Shown: positions 1-13,221, counted from the stretch's first letter. The stretch is 64,000 bases of DNA from Marsupella aquatica (GCA_973895155.1 OZ316891.1:124001-188000); one strand, 5' to 3'. Program-made: numbers and translations. The notes: generated by a model from the sequence alone, not told the origin.

Positions 1-1235
1 CACTCGTTGCTTTGCGTTCGATGTGCTGTTTCTGAATGTCGAGCTGACTCCGATGCGTTGGATCCGATCCATCCTGTCACACATTTCGGTTGTGTGTTTT
101 TACGGCGAAAATTCGAGAAGGTGTTTTCAGGCCTTGGAAAGCACGATGAGCTTTTTTCGAATGTGTGTGTGAATTTCAGTTGCACTTGCCAATCCAGAGT
201 CAGGACTCTCAATCGAAGCTCCATCAAAACTCTCTGCCTCTCTCTATCGACTGTCCTGGGGCCTCGCTGGTGTCTCCATGTTTTAGGTTTAAATCAGTTC
301 ATAATTGCGACGTGCTCTCCGCCATTTCATTCTATCGCGTTCTTCCTTCGAGGTCCAACATTCGCTGCTGTAGTGGAGGGATTCAGCTACAGGTCTTCAA
401 TAAGGGAGTCTTCAATGAGAGGGACTGAGGGCAGCCCAGTACTTTTCCTATTGTTAGATTCCTGGCAGGGCTTTCCCGCAGTTCACTCCCAATCACGGCC
501 AGCAAGAACTAACTTCTCGAACAGTAGGAAATGTATTTAGTCTAATTGCACAGTATAGTTTGCCGGCTCCTAAAGAATTGTGTGGCTCACATATGAGCTG
601 CCTGCGTCTGGGAGGAGCGGTCGTAACTAAGGTTAGTGTACCTAACGGATCTCAGATCGTACCTAAGGGATTTCAGATGGTATATGTAACATGGCACAAT
701 TCTCGAAATTCTTTGATCTTTCTGTTCTCGGTTTGTAGTCTCGCAATTTTACAATACTTGTGAGGATAATTCTATTGGGCATGGCAGAGATAGAAGCTGT
801 CTGCAGACAATAGCTATCCCGTCAGTGTCAACGAACGTTTCCCCTCTTGCAAGTCTGTTGTGCTGTTTGATCCTGCTGCAGTTTCTTTCCACCACAGTTG
901 CTCCCGGATGTCACTGTTCTATCTTCATTGCCACATATTCGCTATTGGATTTGCAAATTGTCCGAATCGGTCCGTCGATGTATCCAGGAACGTCATTGTA
1001 ATTGCATTCAGTGAGTTTGAGTTCCGATTTTTGTGTTTTTGTCTGCTGTGATTTGTCTCCGCATCAGGCGCATCTGTCATCTCAACTTTTGTATAGGAAG
1101 TATTTTCAAAAGTGTTGAGATTTCGGCTCGTTGATCGAGGTTCTGAGACACGTTGCGTGAAGTGTGAATTCAAGCAGCAGGTAGAGTTGAAGGAGCCGCC
1201 GAATCCTGCGTGTCTAATTTTAACCACTAGTCAAC

Positions 1236-3880
1236 ATGGCCGTGATCATGGGAGTGGAGGTACCAACAATGACCCGAGTCGGGTTTATTGGAGCAGGCCA
1301 AATGTCGGAAGCATTAGCTCGAGGACTGGTCAAAGCCGGGATCCTCCCACCTGATCGCATTTTTGCCTCAAAGGGATCCCGAAAGGCGGTATTTGAAAAT
1401 TTTGGCGTCACAGTGTGCTCCAACTTAGAGGCAAGAAACGACACCACCCTGTTACAAATCAGTTGCATAGACTCATGTTAAGACAACTCGTCAGCAAGGC
1501 CTTGAGATTATTTTCATCCAAGGTTCATTCACTGACTTGAATTCATCGCGAGAGTCAGTATTTGTGCCCCGCGTGCCAACTTACATTTCAGTGTCATAAG
1601 CAACTTTTAGATGATAGAGAGCTTTATGCTTCAGCAATTTCTTTAATGGGGTATTTCTGAACCTGTCTAACTGTAGGGAGCCCGATAAAATTGGTGTCAT
1701 AGTTGACGCGTGGACTCAAAAGTGATGACTTTTGTTTCGTGTTTGACAGGTCGTTGAGCACTGCAACGTGGTGATCATTGCGGTGAAACCACAAATATGT
1801 ATGTCAATATTTCGAACCCATCTCTCTGATCTGCCGGATCCGATGTCTGCAAATAGTCGAGGACAGTAAGGATGAAGGGTTGACTTTGTATAACCCGGCC
1901 ATGGTCACGCACTGAGCAAATTTATGTTTGATTATTCTTGAATTCAGAGCTCGTTAAGCGAAGGGAAGATTCTTACAGAAATTTCTGTTGCTCGTGATTA
2001 GTGAAAACTGTACTTACAGATCTGAGGCCGCGACTGACGAAGGATCACCTTTTAGTATCAATTGCAGCAGGTATCACCATCGACAGCTTGCAAGTTGGTG
2101 CCCACCCTTCACCTTGTTCATAGTGCATACTCCTTGCTGTATGACTTGCATCAATTGTAATGAATCTGAAGGACAGCTGATGATTTTTGGTTCAGTCACC
2201 ACCAATCTATTAGTTGTGGATACTTTGTGACGTTAACTGTTGTGATCGTTTTGAGTAGAAATCGAGGGTTGTGGAGCTCATGTGAAGTGTCTTCCCTGGC
2301 CACGTGAGGAAAAATGAGAAAAAGACTCTGACCATACCCTGACCCTGAAGAATGTGCAAGATATGGTCAGGGATTCTGCGGCATCTGGAATGGGATTCCT
2401 TGTCCAATATTGGACAGCTCTGTTTGGAATTATGGATGCTGATATGAGAGCTGTGCTTAATTGGATCTTGCATGATTGCAGTTATGGGGAGGGGATGTTA
2501 GAGTTGTGAGAGTGATACCAAACACTCCGTGCCTAGTAGGTGAATGTGCAGCAGGTATGCTTAAAGTTCATCATTGCTCAGAAACCTTCGTGCAAACTTC
2601 CGTAAGATATGCACACACTTCGTTCTTAACTGAAACTTGGTCTGATGTTTTCGTGCTTATTACTATTTCCACCTCCCTAGGACGATGCTCCTACCTGGGA
2701 GGTTTATATTAGGAGAACTTGACAAGGTTTCGTCTGTCGCTGTTTGCATGTTTGGTTCTTGAGGTTTCGGTCTGCAGTGCTCCTGATCCATATGTGTTGC
2801 GACAGCTTTGAGTGCAGGCTCATCTGCCAATCAAGGAGACGTGGACCTTGTGAAAACACTTTTTGATGCAATTGGAAAAACTGTTCTTGTTGACGAAAAA
2901 CTTCTGAATGCCGTCACAGGTGTAAGGTATGACCTCAGTACACAACAGATCTCTGCTAGGTGCCTGCTAAAGAGCCGTCCCAGTTGTTGTAACTGGAGAG
3001 ATTTTCATCTCTCCTTCCCGCACATTTTGATTTTGGATTCATCCTGTAGACAAGAGTTTACTTGTGGCAATGCAGGACTCGGAATTTTTACATGGTTTGT
3101 GTATTCAGTGGAAGCGGTCCGGCTTTTGTCTACATAGCAATTGAAGCTATGGCGGATGGAGGAGTTGCTGCCGGCCTTCCAAGAGCAACAGCTTTGGCTC
3201 TGGCTGCACAAACAGTAAGGCGTTATGGGTTTTTTTAGGGGAATAGAAAGCAAGATTGGATATCCAACGTAGATTTATAACCTCCCTGGCGTCTTTCCCG
3301 ATAGCAGCTACAGACTTTATTCGTGCCAGCTAAAGCGTTCTGTAGTGTCTTTTTAAAAGGTTCTAACGTTGAGACTGTTGTCTTTGACATCTATGCACAG
3401 TTTGTTGGGGCAGGAAGAATGGTGCAGGAGACTAACAAGCATCCAGGCCAATTGAAAGATGAAGTAGCTTCACCGGCAGGTCAGTAGTGGCCCGAATTTA
3501 TGAATCCTTTGGTATCGTTAGTTATTAATAGGTTACTCGATGTCAAATTCCTTGGATGAAACTGTCAAAACTTACGCCAAGATATTAACCATCAAAAGGC
3601 CAGGACAAGCAGGCACCGCAAGCCAGCACGAGACATCTGAAATGGTATCCAACTTGACGCACTTCCGTAGAAAATGAGATAAACACCACATGTCGGGACG
3701 TGGAGGGTCTTTGTTGTTGCCACTGATAATCAAACACAAGTACTTTCTTGGTTGTTGGCTGCAGGCACAACAATTGCAGGATTGCATGAGTTGGAAAAAG
3801 CAGGTTTTCGTGCGGCTTGGATGAATGCAGTCTTGGCCACAGCAAAGCGTGGGGAGGAACTAGCAGGCGCGTCAAAGTAG
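1236..3880 (+). CDS. P5CR: Pyrroline-5-carboxylate reductase, 8 exons: 1236-1430, 1750-1798, 2002-2093, 2482-2554, 2806-2926, 3109-3214, 3401-3479, 3765-3880
   Basis: Spliced translation is continuous: [13 protein letters not shown] (Rossmann), [75 protein letters not shown], stop TAG 3878-3880. Intron phases are consistent; intron 1 has a GC donor. Confidence 0.96.
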
Positions 3881-4159
3881 GAAGCTGGAGTACGTTCGTG
3901 GTCATTTATCGATCCATGTACTCACCCACAAAATATTTGCGCCATCAAACATACTTACATGCCGAACAAAAAGTAGGAGATTGTCCATGCACATTCAGGG
4001 CCAGAACTACCAGAGATGTGACGAGTGACCATGAAAGGACGAGTAGAATTTCAAGTTGGAAGCCTGGTTAGATGCGGAAATCAACGCTTACTGGTATATA
4101 CTTCGTCTTGCCTTAGCTGTCACCATTGCATATGGTAATAAATTTTGAAAGCGATTCAA

Positions 4160-5110
4160 ATGGAATTCGGGCTGGAATTCGGGAAATTCGTGCTTATGAT
4201 ACAAAACTCTGGTAGCATTTGTCCACTGTTTCAAGCAAATTTCTTGAGATCCTGAACGAAAAGCGTCGTCCGCTTCACGTAAGGTTACTATCTCAGATGT
4301 TTTGGGATCATCGCAAGTACTTCACTCCACTGCCCTCTAGAGTACAGGCGTTGATTGAAAAGTCTCACATCCGTGCAGTCCGGTGTTAACTTTCTTGTCC
4401 AGGCTTCGAAATCTGTGCACTGAGGGATGGAATTTGCCTTCGTTAATTGAATTTTTGATGTTTGCTGTGTTTCTCATTTGAAGGAAGATGCTTTTCCTGA
4501 TAGAACCGTCGCCCTACTAACATGAGATCTGCCTCGCACGTTCCTACCTTAAAATGGAGAGGACCGTGAACGGAGCCAGGTCGAGTGAACCTAAATCCTA
4601 AAACCGGCGAGGTAATATTGGAAACGCGACTGTGTTTATCGTCATAAGATGTAAAAATCGAAGGTGGCCTAAGCGGGACCGGGTACTTTTCCAAGATAAG
4701 CTCAGGGAGATTCCAAATCCCAGGATTCCTTCCGAAATCAAGTGAAAATTCGTTCACAGCACTAACTTCCTTGATTTTCCCTGATAGAATCCTGTGCTTT
4801 AGTTGTGACCAGCCTTATGAATGTAATGACGTGACCTGTGCCATGATTTGTAGATTACTGCCTGAGGATTTGTGTCGTTTTCCAGAAAGTGTTCCAAATT
4901 TGCCAGTTCTGATGTTTTCCAGAAGCTTGTGGTAGGCTCGAGAGCAGCTGCCAGGGAGTCTTAGCTCAGGACCCCTTCGCACTGGATGAATTGCCCCCGG
5001 ACATTGACAATGACCGTCACATCTTTTGCAGTGACGAATGTGCTTTGCTTCAAAAATCCCACTGAAGCCAGATCAGTGAAACAGCACTCCACTGAGGTTT
5101 GAACATTGCC
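4160..5110 (-). pseudogene. Possible exon remnants of an unidentified gene convergent with P5CR
   Basis: Acceptor ttttggcag before 5110, then ~90 codons with one TAA; the 4443..4757 ORF has an AAG|GTAGG donor at 4548; further open stretches to ~4160. No recognisable homology. Confidence 0.25.
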
Positions 5111-5774
5111 CTGCCAAAAGACTGAAAATTAATAGTGAATCTCAAACAACAAGATGTTGAATTCCCCAAAGAGAACACAAACGTAATTTCTTTTTGGGCT
5201 TCATGTAATCTGCACTGCATGTAATTGCGTCTGATCGAGCCACAACAAAATCACCTCCTGGGTGGTTGGGCCCACACTGTCCATGACTGCTCGTTCTGGA
5301 TTTTACTAATGGATCAATCATAAGGCAATGTGCCTCTAGATAAGGAGGACAGGCAAAAGCTCTTGCCCTTCGTCATTTTCTACCTCCCCTTCAACCTCTA
5401 GGAGGGTCCTTTTGCACCTCAATTTATGAAAGATATTGTTTTTGTGACTCCATGTCATGTAGAGTCTTGGGCATGGTAGTTTTGATTTAATATGGTTCTA
5501 GTAAAGGGCCCTAGTTTAGCCTTATGTGTCTCCGGGGCACGGATTGATGTGCGTCTTCCCTTTCCCAAGGAGCAAAAGGGGCCAAACCTACTCATTAGCT
5601 AGCTTGCAAGAGGGTGTCTGTTAAGTATTGCTCTTAGTCTTGTGACTCATAGATTGCAATAACTAGGCTAACCACAGTTAGGGACTTAGCTAAGGTTAGG
5701 TTAGTTGTACGTCGGTGACCTTGCATATACCAGGGCAAGTGTAAGCCCCTAGTGTGATACGCTTGCTCATTGTA

Positions 5775-6086
5775 ACATACAAAATCCAAGAAACTCTTTG
5801 GGTTGAAATCACATGATTTCCACCAACTCATGCAATAGATTCTCCCTCTGGCAACAATGGGATTACTTGATGAAGGGGTTCGCTTGGCCATAGCAGGGGT
5901 GAGCAATATCTATCGCCAGATCTATACGAAGGTGTGGGACCCTTCAATGTATGAGAATTTGATGATAGATGTATTGTGCACTAATTTGATGATAGAGAGG
6001 AACCTGAAGGTATTGAAGGGGTATGTATGAAACAAGGCACGTCCAGAGGCTTCTATGGCTGAAGGCTATGTATTAGATGAGTCTTT
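5775..6086 (+). pseudogene. CACTA TnpD transposase fragment (DUF4218-like); continues at 47349-47540
   Basis: Colinear with the TnpD exon at 29660..30565 (MKTHDFHVMMQDILP, VKVWDP, RPEASMALDYIQEETLGFLTEYM); has premature stops and a deletion. Confidence 0.85.
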
Positions 6087-6112
6087 ATCAGCCTATTCAT
6101 TAAAAGTGTATT
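6087..6112 (+). repeat. Left TIR atcagcctattcattaaaagtgtatt
   Basis: Exact reverse complement of 47319-47344. Confidence 0.95.
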
Positions 6113-6124
6113 ATTATTTGATTT

Positions 6125-6380
6125 ATGTACATTTGGGCAATGAAAAGTGTACTTTTGGGCTTGGAAAAGTGTACATTTGGCCAATGAAAAGTGTACATTT
6201 GGGGATAAAAAAGTGTACAATTGATCTAAAGAGTGTATATTTGGGCAATGAAAAGTGTACATTTGAGCATCAAAATATGTATATTTGACTTAAAAAGTGT
6301 ACATTTCAGTGCATTTAGTCTAGAAAGTGTAGCTTTGAGTGCAACAAAGAGTACATTTGGCCTAAAAAGTGTACATTTTC
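6125..6380 (+). repeat. Subterminal repeats, ~10 copies of AAAGTGTACATTTG
   Basis: Recurs roughly every 22-24 bp; ~4 more copies at 47215-47293. Confidence 0.9.
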
Positions 6381-6599
6381 CTGAAAAATTTTATTATAAT
6401 CATTTAAAATAAAGAAATTAATAAAAAATATTTTTAATTATGCAGAAAAAATAAACATTCATATTCATAATAATCAAAAGTTTAGAAAATGAGTAGATAG
6501 TCTACTAAGTAACTAAACACTCAATGGCATGGTCTCACAATATATATAACTCTTACATAAAAACTAGTAACTATCTAATTATACCTTAGCTAGTGACAA

Positions 6600-9500
6600 C
6601 TAAGTGTACTTGTCCATCCTTTGGAGATAACTTTGGACAGTTTGTAGAACATTTCGAGGAATCTTCAAACCTCTGCCAACCATGTTTTCTTCCTTCATTC
6701 CAGATTTAAAACCATAAATTGCAGAATTTGCATACTGCCAATGTTGAGTGTTCTCACCAAATCCTGGATCTCGTTCCCATGTCTTGGTGGACATGAAACA
6801 ATTGAGATACCTAGCACTCTCACTCACATCAAGTTTAGAGTGTTTAGGCCTCCACCATTCCACAGGGAACATTGGAGCATATTGTTGAGTCAAAGGAGGG
6901 TCTCTTGAAGATGCAATTGGGACTTCATGCTTAGGGTCCACCTGACCCAAAGCTCTCACCAACCAGAAATGACCTCCACCATTTTTCTTCTCCCAATCAT
7001 CCTCGGGTCGAAGAAACACAAAGTTTCCTTCACAAATATCCTGGAGGGGAATCCACCGTCCTTGTTCTCTCTCAGCTCGAGATCCAACAAATGGTGCTGC
7101 TTGATCTTCCATCTCTTCCAAGACTTCATTTTGAAGAGCTGTCATCTCTGCATTCTCCTCATCTTCACTTAGAGGACCACTCTGTTCGCATGCCGATTGG
7201 TTGACCTTGTAACCAGTGCCGTGGTTAGTCTTAGGCCAAAATCCATTTTTCAATGGAAATTGATTATTTCCCTCCCCTTCCATTGCAAGCCCATTTGACA
7301 ACAGCTCCACAATTCTTTCCCAATATTTAACAAGAGGAAATCTTTCCTTGTATGCTATTGACGTCTCATCAATGCAACTCCTTCTCAAAAAATCAAGGTA
7401 CTTGTTAAGGAATGGGATTATCTCTTCTGATTTTGTGTATCTCTCCTATGGATTTAGCTAAGGGTTGTCCACTGGGTAAAAGAAGAGAATTTGTTATTGG
7501 ATCAGTTGCCCAAATGCACCTTCCGCCAACGGGAGCCCAAGCTTGCTTAACATGGGACTTATACTCCCGCTTATACTGAAATATTGGTACATTATCTCTC
7601 ATAGAGAAAAGAAATGATACCGGTTTTGAGTGACCTTGAATATCTTTGACCTTAAAACTTTGAAGATATTCTTTGTAAGATGCAACTTCTTGTATCAATC
7701 TTGGAACTGGATGAATGCTCTCACATTCCCAAACCTCTGCCATTAGTGCAAGAAGGGTTGCAACTTCCTTGTGTTGAACTTGATATGATACCTTGGAAAA
7801 TAGTGCATCAACTTCTTCGTGCGTATGACCAACCATTAGAAAGGACATTTGAACAGTTTCAAATATTCCTCTACTCACAAGCTCCGAGCAAAATGCCATG
7901 ACCGTTTGGTTTTTGTTGTCCTTTGCTGAATTATCCATTTGCAATGTTAGGTGCCTTGGCAAGGGCATGAACAACGGACTGCCCTTCTCACCACCCACGT
8001 CCCCTCCATCATCCTCATCCTGTCGGGTTGGGATGGTCTCAGTCTGACTGTCGGCAACTCCATCTTCAGAACCAATATACCTATTTACTTGAATATTCTT
8101 TGGTTCCAAATATCCCAACAAAAATGCATCAAAGTCAAGTAGGGCTTGAAAGAAAGGTCTGTGAAGTTCCCAATGCAAGCCATCAAGCATGTCACCTGTC
8201 TTGTCTCCATTGTACTCTTCAAGATCTCGAAGACACTTAGCCAAGGATGTCATTGTGAAATCTGCATCTCTTGGCCAAAGGCCAGTGACACTAAAGTGTG
8301 CATATACTCCTGGATCTCTCCCGTGGGTCAACATCCCCGTGAGAGCGATAGGTAGCAGCATTCCATGACCCGAAAGTGATTTAGGAGTACTAACCATTTT
8401 TGGAATCCATGTCTTTGCTTGATCCATCTTGTCGTGAATAATGCAAAGATATTCTCCTGGATGTTGCTTGGCCATCACTCGATGAGCGTAGTAAACATAT
8501 CTACGTGACATTTGCTCACGAAGATGTTGAGCTCTTTTTTCTTCAATTTCAGCACGTTCTTTTTTCCTTCTCTCTCGCATCAAACTGTCTTTGTATTCAC
8601 AACAAAGCGTACACTTGGCAAATGCGCCATCCTTGTGAAAACTGAAGTTTGCAAATGATGTGCTCCATATCTTGTAGAGAGTGTTATCCGTAACAGGAGG
8701 AAGCCCTTCTTCCTTCATCTTTGTTCTCACATCTTCCAAAATCTCTAACTTTTTGTAACACGCTGGAAGTCGATACTCAATGTTGTCTGTCCCATGAGCC
8801 CCTCCATAAGGCATATGAGGCATTGGCTCTGCATTTTGAGTCAAAAATGCCTCTAGAAGAGCTCGCGCATGCAAGGTATTTGACCTTGTTTTCTTCAAGC
8901 CTGTGTTCCCATGGAACCCAATTTTGCAACCCTCCATGTATCTTCTCTTGTAATCATAATACTTGGTGTGACTAAAACCATGGATGGTTGCAAATGCATC
9001 TTTACAGATGACCATACCTTTGAGAACATGGTGTCCCTTATCACGAACATCATCCTCTCTATAGTGGAAGAGGTTGAAAATGTGTGATGTTTTGGACTCG
9101 CTAGACATCCCATGAAATTCCATCCTAACATCTTCTATATCTTCCCTTGGCATAATGAGACAACATTTATGCTTGCAGCAATTTACTCTTTTGATCTCAT
9201 CAATTGCGGCTTCTGTTGTTTTTGAAACTGCCTTGGTTTGCAAGAGCCTCCTTTTCTTCTCAACTGGATCAACTTGATTCCTCTTGTTGAAGTTATATGG
9301 CCTTTGACGACATCCGGATGCGGATCCAACCACATGATCTGGATTCAGATCATCCCTATCCATTGACTCCATATTCTCTGTACCTTCTACCAGAATGTCT
9401 GACAAAACTTTTCCAGTTGCTACTAGTTTTGTGTGATCAATTCGCCATTGAACCAAACTAATTACTCTCTTGTGAATGCTTGGAAAGTATTGCGATTCCA

Positions 9501-10425
9501 TGACATCTTTCACAACAACCCCTACATAGTCTTCTCCCAGGATTTCATCATCAACAGCCGCCGTTGCTTGAGGCATAGTGATAGTCCCAGTGGCAACATT
9601 ACTCGATCGTCCTGAACCAATGTATAATTCGACCAACTCTGACATCCAGTTGGACCGTTGGTAATAATCAGAATGAGTTTTGGTCGATTTTGTTGATGGA
9701 GAATGTGAGACAAAACTCTCCTCAATTAAAACGTCGCCATCACCTTGCTTCTTAGAGGAAGACTTTCTCCCTTCATCAACATTCCAACCTTTTTTATGAA
9801 CATCGGCCAAGTCCCAGAGAACCCATGAGTCTTTTGCCTCTTCAATTGTTTCAGCCCCATTGTGTATGTAAGGTAAAGCCTTACTACCATGAATAACATC
9901 AGTGATTTTCACACTGATCCGAGACTCACCAAGTAATATGTTGTGACATCGGTCCTTTGGATTTACCTTGAAAATAACTCCAAGGGCTACACAACACCCA
10001 TCAATGAGCATTTCAACCTCGTCCCCTTGCCTTAGAGTGTTTGATGCATCCTCCATAACAATTGTAGGAGATTTATCCAAGTTATTATCTGGTCGAGTTG
10101 AACAACTACCAGTACTGATGCATTTTTGGGAATCTAGAGTTATAGAGAGATACGCGCACGAGATCTCCCAAATAACACATGAGTCAATGGCATCAAAAAG
10201 ATTTTCTACCCTTGGTAGTGGAAATGGTAGTTTTCGAGTTGGCTCGAAAACCTTCTCCACGAGCACACCAATTCGATTATCTCCCAACAATATGTTGTGC
10301 ACCCTATCCTGGGGGTTAATTTTCTGAACTGTCCCACAACCGACATCATATCCATCAATTGTCAAGGTCACATCATCACCTCTTGAAAACCTTCCAGTCA
10401 TTCTCGGATTTAGTAACTTGCACAA
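6600..10425 (-). pseudogene. Sola1-like (DUF7869-type) DDD transposase, ~1270 aa when joined, with three N-terminal DUF8039/Tnp1-like domains; one frameshift near 7430; 5' part cut off by the LTR insertion
   Basis: ORF 7405..10425 has CCKHKC, CTLC, IIHDKMDQ, QMDNSAKDNKN and GHTHEEVDALFS. Removing one A in cacaaaatcag joins it to 6600..7388 (KSIGEIHK-SEEIIPFLNKYLDFLRR). Confidence 0.8.
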
Positions 10426-10469
10426 TTTTCAGAAAAACCATCACAAATCCGAATGACAAGAATTTGAAG

Positions 10470-12337
10470 TGTAGTTTGCCATAGAGAACCAAAAATCACA
10501 TTTTAAAGTCTCCAAACTCGGTATTCGTTCCCTTTAAGAACAAGATGGGGTTGGTTTGATGTAATAAACTAAAAACAAAGCTTTAAGCTCTTGTGTCACA
10601 CATAGTAATCAATCTTGACTACTTTAATCAGGTACTTTGAAGATCGCTCCACAGCGGTGAGTAGTTTTTGATGATAACTCAACATCAGATAACCTTCAAT
10701 TAAGCAAAAGATTGCAATTAACAAAACACAAGGAAAAATCTCTCAGAGTATGCTTAAGGGAGTCTGGAATAGACCAAGGTTACTCCTTAGACATAAGTAA
10801 TAATGGAATGACTTTAAGGGAATCCAAATCCACACAGCTTTTCAGATCTAAACTGCATACTAGAGTATCCTTTTAAAATGCCGGCAACATGTCTTGACCT
10901 TTCTTCCTAAGTGATACTTAGTCAAGATCTAAAAGGATAAATACTTCAGCATTTAGATGGTACTAAGCAACATGAAGGTGAAAACATCATTTCCAATGCA
11001 ACTTAAACTCAATGAGTTAACTCTAAGAACTTGTGAGATTACAATGTGTCACCAAAGCGGAATCTGACATTATAATTCACGAGATTCATAACTGAGGTTT
11101 TACTTCAAGTATTTGGGTTCCAAAATACAAGAAGGAGGTAAGTCTCTCCAAATGTTAAACCTGATCTCGAACTCATAGATTCATGATCAACTAGTTTAAC
11201 ACAAGGGAGAGGCAAAACTGCAAAACTTAACCATCTCTCTACACTAGGGGAAGAGGTATAAATAGTGATGAACTACAGAATAAGAGGTCACAGGGTCGAA
11301 GAGACATGCCTCTTCATAACCCTCAAAAAGTCAAAACGACGATTCAATAAGTGGAAAGCCGGAAAAAATGGCTAAGTATGAACTCTTAAACTCTTAAAAA
11401 CTTAAACTCTTAAAAACGTAAAAACTTAAACTCTTAAAAACGTAAAAACTTAAACTCTTAAACTCTTAATTTCGGTATACTAAAAATTGAGTAGATTCAA
11501 CTATTTTTAACTTTCTACTCCTGGTTCGGAAAACTCTGAAATTTTTCCAGCAGGGTTTCCTAGGTACAGACTACAGCCTAAAGAAGTCTCATAGCTTTTA
11601 AAGCTCTACAACACATTTAGAAAAATTGGTAAAAGTACTATACTTTTCAATACTAGCTAAAAAGATAGTCTCCTTCAAGCTTGTTGTCGAATATCATCGG
11701 GTTCGAGCAGCTCCACGTAGGTGACAGTCCGATTCTGTGTTACCTCCATCAGCTCAGTCTGACGTGGTGATCCTCTAGAGTAGGGTAGGCACCTTAGTTG
11801 TCTCTCAGGATACATCAAAGGCATTCGCTTCATCAAATAACAGGAATCTATACGAAGAGCTTCTCTGTATATCCCTAGTACATCATAGTTGTTGCAGGTG
11901 GCAGCATATACTTGGGGATAGTGATGCAGAAACTCATCACTATTCATCATCCTGGAATAGAAGGGTCGAAGTCTCCATTTGACATCTCTGAAATACCGGT
12001 TGAAGCTGGGCAGAGTTTGAGAGGTAAGGTGGAAGAGAAGTCAGTAATGAGCGCCTATGTCTTGCATTCCTTCCCTTTCAAGGTGAGCTCTTCATCCGTT
12101 GTGGAGTCCCGTTGAACTAGTTGTAAGATGTCACGATCACAGAGTCGCCAAATCTTAAGGTGTAACTCGTAAAGAAGTGAACTAGTAAACTCGTAAACTG
12201 AGTTTACTCGTAACTTAGGAACTTAGTAACTTTGAATGCTGTTTTAGTTACAGTTAGCAATAATTGCAGTCTAAACACCGTAAAAAATTTAAAAATTTTC
12301 AGTTTCTTCATGCTTTTGGAATTACCCACTACTTACA
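10470..12337 (-). repeat. LTR A1
   Basis: tgtagtttgcc...ccactacttaca; apparently identical to 15453-17320 and 20436-22303. Confidence 0.95.
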
Positions 12338-12340
12338 TAG

Positions 12341-12350
12341 CCCTCTCCTC
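12341..12350 (-). other. Polypurine tract (GAGGAGAGGG on minus); second copy 17324-17333
   Basis: Purine run 3 nt from the LTR start on the element strand. Confidence 0.75.
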
Positions 12351-12426
12351 AAGCGGCGCCGTGCCCTCACAAGCCTTTCTGAAGTCTTCCACCAGAACTA
12401 AATCGCCTTTGAAATGCACATTGGTT

Positions 12427-13221
12427 TCAATTGTGTATTAAGTTTGATACTTGACTGGACAATTTGTCAAGCAACTTGTATACTTGCTTAACTTTTGGTG
12501 AAATTGTGGAAATATCTGGTACTTGCTTCTTTTTCTTGGTTTTTGCTTTTTCAAATTCAGAGCTAGAGCTGGTTTCATCATTTGAAGAACTAGGTGTTGT
12601 CCTTTTAGTGTTCTCTTCACTGCTGTTGTCACTCCCCTCGTCTGACATGGATTCTGATTCAGAATTGAGTTTCTTTTTCTTTTTCTTCTTAATATATTTC
12701 TTGAGCTCTTTTTTCAATCTTTTCTTTCCAGACACTTCTGAATCAACATATTTCTGTGCTGCAGCTAAAGCTTCTCCATATGTGGTTCCACCTTCTCTTC
12801 TCACATATCTTGCAATTCTAGATGGCAGTCCATTTATGAACCAATCTCTGACTGTTGATTTTGATGTAGCCGGGTTGTATTTGTCAACTAACTCTTCCAG
12901 CTTATCTGCATATTTCCGAACAGATCCATACTTGTTCATTTTTAAATAAGAAATTTTTGTGAAGGCTCTTGCTGCTGCCCCATCTTCTTTGTATTTCTCT
13001 AAAAATGCAGCTTTTGTCTTTGTCCAGTCATTTTTATCTAAAAATCGATGATGCCACTTTTGTGCTCCTTTCTTCATAAGTCCTCCAAAAATGCTTGCCT
13101 TCTCAGCGTCTTGGCTATGTCCATTTGAAATTGCAGTAGCTTCAAACTCCTTTAAGTAGGTCTCTGCATCCTCTTTAGATGTCCCTTTGAAGGTGTCATA
13201 GCGAATATTATTCCGGGCCAT
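12427..13221 (-). CDS. gag: Truncated retrotransposon Gag (capsid-like and basic region, no zinc knuckle)
   Basis: MARNNIRYDTFKGTSKEDAETYLKEFE...WFINGLPSRIARYVRREGGTT is highly similar to the Gag in 60671..63724. Confidence 0.9.
   Translation of the reverse strand: MARNNIRYDTFKGTSKEDAETYLKEFEATAISNGHSQDAEKASIFGGLMKKGAQKWHHRFLDKNDWTKTKAAFLEKYKEDGAAARAFTKISYLKMNKYGSVRKYADKLEELVDKYNPATSKSTVRDWFINGLPSRIARYVRREGGTTYGEALAAAQKYVDSEVSGKKRLKKELKKYIKKKKKKKLNSESESMSDEGSDNSSEENTKRTTPSSSNDETSSSSEFEKAKTKKKKQVPDISTISPKVKQVYKLLDKLSSQVSNLIHN

Noticed and set aside
7-1227. ORFs upstream of P5CR
   Set aside because: No recognisable motifs and mostly non-ATG starts; probably promoter or 5' UTR with introns.
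5329-5777. Possible solo LTR (TG...CA)
   Set aside because: Flanks GGCAA and TACAA do not form a TSD and there is no second copy in the window.
12464-12949. Hydrophobic 161-aa ORF (also 17447..17932, 61639..62070, 39074..39499)
   Set aside because: Antisense shadows of Lys/Ser/Glu-rich coding regions.
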